38,006 nt of DNA, taken from a virus (Duplodnaviria > Caudoviricetes). Positions within the stretch are counted from its first letter, which is position 1; each line of letters opens with the position of its first letter. The notes under the pieces are model-generated. The model made no database searches, was not told the DNA's origin, and worked only from the letters and a program-made list of their open reading frames with translations. Of the stretch, positions 26,516 to 32,078 are shown in pieces. Position numbers and translations under genes: made by a program. The stretch lies in the IMG/VR virus record IMGVR_UViG_3300016654_000161, positions 1 through 38,006 of that record. One strand, given 5' to 3'.

Positions 26516-26555
26516 CTTATGCGTTTTTGCGTAAAGACGCTTTTGCGCCTTTACG
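26516..26555. repeat. Octamer array C
   Basis: cttatgcg tttttgcg taaagacg cttttgcg cctttacg; CG every 8 bp. Confidence 0.8.
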
Positions 26556-26567
26556 TTATCGTGAATT

Positions 26568-26993
26568 TTAGGCCGCCTGCTCTACGCTCACAGCCAGCCG
26601 GAAGCCCAGCACCGCGAGCGCTCGCTCGAGCTGATCGGCCTTCGAGTGGTGCAAGAAGTCAAACAGGCGATCAACCTGAGGGCGAGCTACGCCCATGCGG
26701 CGAGCCAGCTCCGACTTGCTCAGCCCCGAAGCCACAAAGGCGTTCCAGGCGACCACCTTCATCACTACCAGCACCGGCAGATTGATAACCAACTGGCCGG
26801 CCGCTGGCGCGCTTGCCGCAGGGATTGCGACGCCTTCCTCGACATGGAAAGAAAACACCGTCTGCAGGCCTTCGCTCAGCGACTCGAGGGCCGCGTCCAT
26901 GTCGTCACCTTCGCCAGAGGTGCGGGGTACATCGGGGCATTCGAGCCAGAGGCCATCGGGGTCGTCGTGTATCTGGACTGGGTACTGGTACAT
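26568..26993 (-). CDS. hicB: HicB-family antitoxin with C-terminal HTH
   Basis: YPVQI...CPDVP..SGEGD; SKSELARRMGVARPQVDRLFD. Confidence 0.92.
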   Translation of the reverse strand: MYQYPVQIHDDPDGLWLECPDVPRTSGEGDDMDAALESLSEGLQTVFSFHVEEGVAIPAASAPAAGQLVINLPVLVVMKVVAWNAFVASGLSKSELARRMGVARPQVDRLFDFLHHSKADQLERALAVLGFRLAVSVEQAA

Positions 26994-27061
26994 GGTGCGC
27001 CTCACATCTGTTTAGGGGGTGGGCCTCGTCCTTGAGGCCCGGTAGTTCAGGGGGTAGAGCC

Positions 27062-27247
27062 TCAGTCCTTGAGGCCCAAATCCCGCAATATTCGCCTTCT
27101 TGTCCCTTCGGGCATCTCCTTGCCCTTGTGGTAAGCGAATGTGCTTTTGAGTCCGTTGTAATAGAGGCGGAAATGACTTGTTCCATTCCCGGGCTTCATT
27201 ACAACGCCCTGACTCAAGAGCCACCGCCGAAACTCACTGCATCCCAT
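27062..27247 (-). CDS. hicA: HicA-family mRNA interferase toxin
   Basis: SEFRRWLLSQGV, GTSHFRL, KEMPEGTRRRILRDLGL; upstream of hicB. Confidence 0.9.
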   Translation of the reverse strand: MGCSEFRRWLLSQGVVMKPGNGTSHFRLYYNGLKSTFAYHKGKEMPEGTRRRILRDLGLKD

Positions 27248-27278
27248 CTTGTTTCCTCAGTATCGTTTCGACGTGGTC

Positions 27279-27309
27279 ATTATGCAACAGCTGTGTTGCA
27301 TGTGCAACA
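27279..27309 (-). promoter_or_regulatory. hicAB promoter with overlapping palindromic operator
   Basis: TTGCAC-17bp-CATAAT; ATGCAACA-GCTG-TGTTGCAT palindrome plus a third TGCAACA half-site. Confidence 0.75.
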
Positions 27310-27322
27310 GATGTGATGCACT

Positions 27323-27354
27323 TATTTGCGTAATTACGCTTTTACGTTTTTACG
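27323..27354. repeat. Octamer array D
   Basis: tatttgcg taattacg cttttacg tttttacg. Confidence 0.78.
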
Positions 27355-27355
27355 C

Positions 27356-27805
27356 CTATCGCGCTGGGATGCTGATGGTCGTGCCAGGCGGGAAGCGATC
27401 CCACAGTTTCGTGCCCGGGTGCGCACCCCAATTGATGTCGCTGATCTCTGACCACCGACGCGGATCGCCGAGCTCTCGATGCGCGATCCCCTCCAGGGTT
27501 TCCCCGGGCATGGTCACGTAATCGACACGGCCGCAGCCGTATAGCGTTGGCCAGGCCATAGGGCTGACCGTTGCGACCTGCCAGCCCTTGAGGTAGCTAA
27601 GCAAAATGCGGCGCTCGTCAAGCGCCCACATCAGCAACTTTGCGCGCTCCCGACCAACCCCGAAGCGACGCATTATCGCTGTCATACCAACGCACGAGCG
27701 GGCCGCAGCAAAGCGCGTCACCTCCTCTATCAACGGGTCATGCACCCAACTGGGAATCCCGAAATAACGGGCATCAATCGACTTTTTGAAAATCACCAAA
27801 ACCAT
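27356..27805 (-). CDS. FtsK-gamma-like winged helix plus LysM-like domain fusion
   Basis: DPLIEEV...IMRRFGVGRERAKLLMWALDERRIL; YVTMPGETLEGIAHRELGDPRRWSEISDIN...PGTTISIP. Confidence 0.7.
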   Translation of the reverse strand: MVLVIFKKSIDARYFGIPSWVHDPLIEEVTRFAAARSCVGMTAIMRRFGVGRERAKLLMWALDERRILLSYLKGWQVATVSPMAWPTLYGCGRVDYVTMPGETLEGIAHRELGDPRRWSEISDINWGAHPGTKLWDRFPPGTTISIPAR

Positions 27806-27864
27806 CCTTTCGTATGCGCCATATTGGCTTTTTTATGCAGTAACAGCCTTTTGCATGCGCCACA

Positions 27865-28011
27865 GCCCCATCTATATTCAGATTGGGGCGAGGTGTTGCC
27901 GGATGAATTCTCCCCATAGGCCGGCATTCACGCAGAACGGACGGGGTTGCCTCTATCGCGCTTAAAGGTGCGCGAATAGCGAGAACGGACAGACACGGCC
28001 TCGCCCTCCAA
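27865..28011. ncRNA. Candidate structured RNA element
   Basis: Closing stem GGGCGAGG/CCTCGCCC around two hairpins, each followed by AGAACGGAC. Confidence 0.35.
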
Positions 28012-28026
28012 CTCCAACAAAAGGCG

Positions 28027-28058
28027 TTTTTACGTCTTTGCGCTTTTACGTTTTTACG
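28027..28058. repeat. Octamer array E
   Basis: tttttacg tctttgcg cttttacg tttttacg. Confidence 0.8.
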
Positions 28059-28357
28059 GTTCGCGTCCAGCCAGCGACCGCGCCCTCAAGGGTGGCGTAG
28101 CCGTGATCAGCAAAGCCGCAGGCCTGGCAAGCGGAACCCCAAGCGCCACCGGCCTGAAAGAACCGTGGCCGGTCGGGCTTGCGACAGTTGTGCAGGGGGA
28201 GGGTGTCGTCATTCACGATGGCCCAGGTAGCCCGGGCGCGGGCTTCGCTGGCGCTGGCATCGCCTCGAGTCTTGCACTCGAGGCACGCCATCATGACGCG
28301 GCCAGTGGCTGGATCGCGGCGCAGAGAGGGCTCAGCGCCGCAGCGGATGCAGGTCAC
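28046..28357 (-). CDS. Tandem zinc-ribbon protein (Lar-like repeats)
   Basis: CIRC, CLEC, HNC, CQAC; each repeat ends in a Trp-containing helix. Confidence 0.7.
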   Translation of the reverse strand: MTCIRCGAEPSLRRDPATGRVMMACLECKTRGDASASEARARATWAIVNDDTLPLHNCRKPDRPRFFQAGGAWGSACQACGFADHGYATLEGAVAGWTRTVKT

Positions 28358-28734
28358 CAGTCGGTACTGCTAGAGCTGCTCGATGAGCCGCTGCTGCTCG
28401 AACAACTGCTCCCGTAGTCGCTCGAGCTGCTGCTGTAGTCGCTCATACTTCCCGAGCGACAACTGCTCGAGCTGCTGTCGTGGCTTGCAGCACCGGCAGG
28501 GGGCGATTCGTACCCGCCATAGAAAATGGCATTCGCTGGTGAGTCTGGGCAGTAGCTCGATGCACTCGCAGAGCGTGAGGCAGGTGCCGAGCCCGAGGCA
28601 GTCGTCATCGACGAGGACCTCGACGACGTGCTCCGGGGCCATGGCCGCGACGGCTCGACCCCGCCCGGCTTTCCCAGGGGCTTTGCTTCCTGCTTCTTGA
28701 GACCACACAAACGACGGATAAAACCGAACATCAT
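28354..28734 (-). CDS. Ser-rich low-complexity hypothetical protein
   Basis: AGGAG RBS; poly-Ser C-terminus; 4-bp overlap with next gene. Confidence 0.65.
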   Translation of the reverse strand: MMFGFIRRLCGLKKQEAKPLGKPGGVEPSRPWPRSTSSRSSSMTTASGSAPASRSASASSYCPDSPANAIFYGGYESPPAGAASHDSSSSSCRSGSMSDYSSSSSDYGSSCSSSSGSSSSSSSTDW

Positions 28735-28747
28735 CTCTCCTTGGGGA

Positions 28748-29605
28748 CTAGACGCCCCGGTCTACAATCACAAACTCGAAGTCACTCAGGGCGCGAGCCA
28801 GGGCGGTCAATGCTTCGCGGTCGAGCTGCTTGAGCTGCTCCGCGTAGAGCTTCCAACGCGGCGCCCAGTGCACGTCGTAGTTGCCACGGGCAACGCCCAA
28901 CAACTGCATAATCTTGTCGCTGCCGTGAATCTCACGCCCGCTATTCATCCGCGCTTTCCCGGCCTGCACGGCCAAGTGCGCCAGACTGCGAACGCGCTGC
29001 AGGGTCTTCGCCTGGATCTTGCCGAGGATCGGCTGCACACGAGCCCACAGGGCCACCACGGCGCCTTGCTCGTCTTCCCATACCAGCGAATCGCCGTAGG
29101 CGTAGCGCAGCCAATGGCCATGCTCAGGGGCCAGGGTGGCGATGATCTTGATTACGTGGGCGTCCTGATAGGCGAACGGACCGAGGAGAACTGCGCCTTT
29201 TTTCTTGGGGCGGGTCTCGCTGGCGACGACGCGGGTCGTGCCCCGGGCCAGGCTGGCCACGTAGTCAGCCGGCAGGCGGCCGGCCGGGCCGCCTTCGGTG
29301 ATGCATTCCCCCAGCTCCTCGACGAGGCGGCGTGGGAATGCATCCCGGGTTGTCTCCGTGGTGTACTGCGCCACGCCAGCCTGATCGCGGTCCTCGGGGA
29401 ACTGCGCGCCCAGGTACGACACGATCACCAAATCGCGCATGGTGCCGAGCACCTGGGCGTCGATGGCACAGCGAACGGGGCGAGGCGGGCGGGCCACTGG
29501 GGCAGGCTGGGCAGGTTCGTCTACCAGCACAAACGCCGGGGCGCCTGGCGCAGGCTTTGCGGCGTCGCCAGTCCAGCCGAGGGTTAGAACCTCATGCGCG
29601 GCCAT
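28748..29605 (-). CDS. Late antiterminator Q-like protein (N15/VP882 type)
   Basis: WLRYAYGD...KIQAKTLQRVRSLAHLAVQ; position in early lytic operon upstream of pR'-like promoter. Confidence 0.7.
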   Translation of the reverse strand: MAAHEVLTLGWTGDAAKPAPGAPAFVLVDEPAQPAPVARPPRPVRCAIDAQVLGTMRDLVIVSYLGAQFPEDRDQAGVAQYTTETTRDAFPRRLVEELGECITEGGPAGRLPADYVASLARGTTRVVASETRPKKKGAVLLGPFAYQDAHVIKIIATLAPEHGHWLRYAYGDSLVWEDEQGAVVALWARVQPILGKIQAKTLQRVRSLAHLAVQAGKARMNSGREIHGSDKIMQLLGVARGNYDVHWAPRWKLYAEQLKQLDREALTALARALSDFEFVIVDRGV

Positions 29606-29816
29606 GCAGCACCCCCTTGCGCTCGTGCCGCGCCTGGCAGGGCACGCAACGGGTAGCGGCTGGCGCTGCAGCACGGCGAACCGCCGGAATCAGCGCGCCG
29701 CAGGCGGTACAGTCGTCGTTCAGCGTGGCCAGGATACTCTGCGCCAGGCGCTGGCTTGTGAAGTCGTCGGCAGCCTTTAGCTGCACGTCGGTGATGAAAT
29801 CGCAGGCGTCAGGCAT
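29592..29816 (-). CDS. TraR/DksA C4-type zinc-finger protein
   Basis: N-terminal DACD; CTACGALIPAVRR...RCVPCQ. Confidence 0.88.
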   Translation of the reverse strand: MPDACDFITDVQLKAADDFTSQRLAQSILATLNDDCTACGALIPAVRRAAAPAATRCVPCQARHERKGVLHGRA

Positions 29817-30066
29817 GGGGCTGTGTTCCTAGTCGCAGGTGGCGGGCCATGTTGATGACCCACTCGGCGGCGCTGACTTCGTTCAATGCTGCAAACTCTG
29901 CATCAATACGGGTGCGTACCCGCACCCTGTAAATGACTGTGCGGCCCAGGTATCGCAACTCGGACCGAATGTAGGGGGCGGCAACCTCAGGCTGCTCACG
30001 CTGCTCATTGACGATTACCACGACGGCCCTGGGCGAGACCTTGAAGACCTTCATCCAATCAGCCAT
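29809..30066 (-). CDS. Hypothetical protein
   Basis: GAGG RBS; overlaps both neighbours by 8 bp. Confidence 0.65.
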   Translation of the reverse strand: MADWMKVFKVSPRAVVVIVNEQREQPEVAAPYIRSELRYLGRTVIYRVRVRTRIDAEFAALNEVSAAEWVINMARHLRLGTQPHA

Positions 30067-30376
30067 GCCACACCTCGGGCAGCGGGTTATGGTCAGTCAG
30101 GGCAGCGAAAGCGACCGGGTCACGGGTCATCAGCTCGTGAGCGCGGTGCAACAAGTTGACGACGACCTCAATTTCCTCGGCGCCGGTGGCCTGCAGGATC
30201 GCCTCGAGGCGCTCGGAGGTGCCCTTGTAGATCTCGCCCTTGAACTCGCGCATGCCGAGCTCTCTTTCTCGCTCAGCCTTGCGCTCGGCAGCTCTCTGCT
30301 GGCGCTCGCGATCCTGGGCGCGAATCAGAGGCGTTCGCTCCGGGCGCTTGCGCTTGGCCTTCGCTGGCGCGCTCAT
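30059..30376 (-). CDS. Hypothetical basic protein, possible DNA binder
   Basis: RERQQR...RERE helix; ATGA overlap. Confidence 0.7.
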   Translation of the reverse strand: MSAPAKAKRKRPERTPLIRAQDRERQQRAAERKAERERELGMREFKGEIYKGTSERLEAILQATGAEEIEVVVNLLHRAHELMTRDPVAFAALTDHNPLPEVWHG

Positions 30377-30972
30377 TTGGCACCAACGACGACAAAGGCA
30401 CGGCCGACAGGCAGATCAAAACCGCAACCAGCGGCCACGGCTTTGATTTCGGAGATGATGGCGCCAACCGCCTCAAGACCCTTTTCAACCATATCGGCGG
30501 CATGAGCATGATCGTCACGGTCGTAGCGGCCATCCTCGGCAGCGGGCGCGGACGCCTGGAAAAACTCGGCAACCTCGATCATCACCTCGGCAATGCGCGC
30601 CTTCGAGGAGTGCACGCCGTTGACGTGGCGCAGGTCGGGGCGAACCACGGGAATCATCCCGGCGAACAACTGCAGGTCTTTCAGCGCTTCAGAACGGAAC
30701 GGTTCCGCCATGGCGTTGATCCAAGACCACTTCCACTCGAGCGGGAACGGCAGAGCACCATTGAAAATGCGGTCAACACGCTGGCGCCAGGCCTTGCGGG
30801 CCTTGATGAAAGACTCGCCATCTTGCGGCCCTACAAGGCCCTCGACGTGGCCATCAGCCTCAAGAACCGGCGCCAGCAGGTCATGAGCGAAACGCTCCAT
30901 GGACCACTCGGAATTCTGGAACCACTGCGCGGTGTGCGCGAGGATGATGTCTTTTTCGGATTTAGCTGCCAT
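30373..30972 (-). CDS. Early lytic regulator in the cro position (CII/YdaT-like, 199 aa)
   Basis: First gene divergent from cI; RQRVDRIFNGALPFPLEWKWSWINAM. Confidence 0.65.
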   Translation of the reverse strand: MAAKSEKDIILAHTAQWFQNSEWSMERFAHDLLAPVLEADGHVEGLVGPQDGESFIKARKAWRQRVDRIFNGALPFPLEWKWSWINAMAEPFRSEALKDLQLFAGMIPVVRPDLRHVNGVHSSKARIAEVMIEVAEFFQASAPAAEDGRYDRDDHAHAADMVEKGLEAVGAIISEIKAVAAGCGFDLPVGRAFVVVGAK

Positions 30973-30983
30973 AACAGATGTTC

Positions 30984-31035
30984 TTCTCTGAATGCGGGGA
31001 ATGTAGAGATGTCTACATTCTCCGGATACAGAGAA
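30984..31035. promoter_or_regulatory. Two 18-bp repressor operators (TTCTCTG-N4-CAGAGAA) overlapping the leftward lytic promoter
   Basis: ttctctgaatgcggggaa (30984) and ttctccggatacagagaa (31018); minus-strand TTGCAA(31040-45)-17bp-GAGAAT. Confidence 0.75.
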
Positions 31036-31119
31036 AAAATTGCAAGACAATCACTGTATAGAGAGTGGATGCGTACCGCATCCAGAGAGGACAATAGGAA
31101 CAAGGAGGGCCAAGTCCAT

Positions 31120-31785
31120 ATGAGAAAGCCAATCACTATCGGCGCCGCCATCAAACGCCGCCGGCAAGCTCTCGACTGGACGCTACAACGCCTATGCGAT
31201 GAAACGCATTCGGCGCTGTACACCGGTTACCTGAGCGACGTTGAAAAAGAGAAATCGACCCCCTCAGTAGACAAGGCGCACGCCATCGCGGTCGCCCTGG
31301 GCACGACCGTCGACAAACTGATCGAGGAAAGCGTCAACGGCGGCCAGCCGCTGGCGCCGAGCGAGAATGCAACCCGGGCGCCAATCGTGCCCTGGGAGAT
31401 GGCCACCGAGTGGGCGGAAAACCCCGATATCTCGAGGCTTCCAGGCGGTACGCCGTGGGAGGTTCCCCTCGACCACAAGGTCGCGGGTGGCTTCTTCCTG
31501 CGCCTGACTGACGAGTCCATGCACGCGCCAGCCGGGCCAGCGTTCCCCAGCGGCTCGCTGATCTTCGTGGACCCAAAACTCGAGGCCCAGGTTAACGATT
31601 TTGTCGTCGGGTACGACGCTGATCCGAAGACCCCAACCTTCAAGAAACTTGTAAAGAATGGATCGCAAAGCTACCTGCAGGCTCTCAATCCGCAATTCCC
31701 AGTGCACCAAATCGATGGCAATTTCCGCGTGATTGGGGTAGTCATAGGGATGGCAATGAGGGTCTCTCGAGGCCTCATTCGATAA
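31120..31785 (+). CDS. cI: CI-like prophage repressor (XRE HTH plus S24-like domain)
   Basis: IKRRRQALDWTLQRL...YLSDVEKEKSTPS HTH; DESM and TFKKL motifs; AGGAGG RBS. Confidence 0.92.
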   Translation: MRKPITIGAAIKRRRQALDWTLQRLCDETHSALYTGYLSDVEKEKSTPSVDKAHAIAVALGTTVDKLIEESVNGGQPLAPSENATRAPIVPWEMATEWAENPDISRLPGGTPWEVPLDHKVAGGFFLRLTDESMHAPAGPAFPSGSLIFVDPKLEAQVNDFVVGYDADPKTPTFKKLVKNGSQSYLQALNPQFPVHQIDGNFRVIGVVIGMAMRVSRGLIR

Positions 31786-31799
31786 ACAGAGAGAATGGT

Positions 31800-31828
31800 T
31801 TCACTGAATACAGAGAAAGGGATAGACT
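31800..31828 (+). promoter_or_regulatory. repA promoter overlapped by a repressor operator
   Basis: TTCACT-17bp-TAGACT; operator ttcactgaatacagagaa at 31800-31817. Confidence 0.72.
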
Positions 31829-31853
31829 AGCGGCTACCCGCTAGCTTTTTTTT
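31827..31853 (+). terminator. cI terminator
   Basis: CTAGCGG-CTAC-CCGCTAG followed by C and a T-run. Confidence 0.8.
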
Positions 31854-31869
31854 ACTTTCGCGCAGACGC

Positions 31870-31999
31870 AAAAAAGCCGGAGCTACCAACCCCGGCTTTT
31901 GTGCTTGGCTCCCCTCAGGGAACCCTATCCAACCTGATGTATCGTGAGGTCTGTTTTAGCGGGCAGACATCAACGACAGGCGGACGACGCATAAACTAC
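31870..31999 (-). ncRNA. Candidate ~130-nt antisense RNA to the repA leader
   Basis: Minus-strand TTGACT(32028-33)-16bp-TAAACT(32006-11); terminator AAAAGCCGG/CCGGCTTTT at 31870-31900. Confidence 0.55.
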
Positions 32000-32034
32000 G
32001 TCGCCAGTTTAGGTCTATCGAGGGTGTAGTCAAG

Positions 32035-32066
32035 CGTATGCGTTTTTGCGCTTTTGCGTTTTTACG
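32035..32066. repeat. Octamer array F upstream of repA
   Basis: cgtatgcg tttttgcg cttttgcg tttttacg. Confidence 0.8.
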
Positions 32067-32078
32067 CAAAGGGACTAC

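Noticed and set aside
27865-28011. Retron msr-msd or solitary CRISPR repeat
   Set aside because: No reverse transcriptase in the window and no match to CRISPR repeats I recognise
28370-28708. Alternate-frame ORF with Gln/Leu/Glu coiled-coil-like tail
   Set aside because: By-product of AGC-rich poly-Ser codons; the Ser-rich frame has the RBS and the coupling
4058-29587. Long plus-strand ORFs (e.g. 7930-9690, 17337-18614, 13581-14546, 28628-29587)
   Set aside because: Antisense shadows of well-supported GC-rich genes, with no recognisable motifs
224-32066. Octamer arrays as CRISPR or microsatellite
   Set aside because: No spacers and no cas genes; units are degenerate but phase-locked, which fits protein-binding sites better
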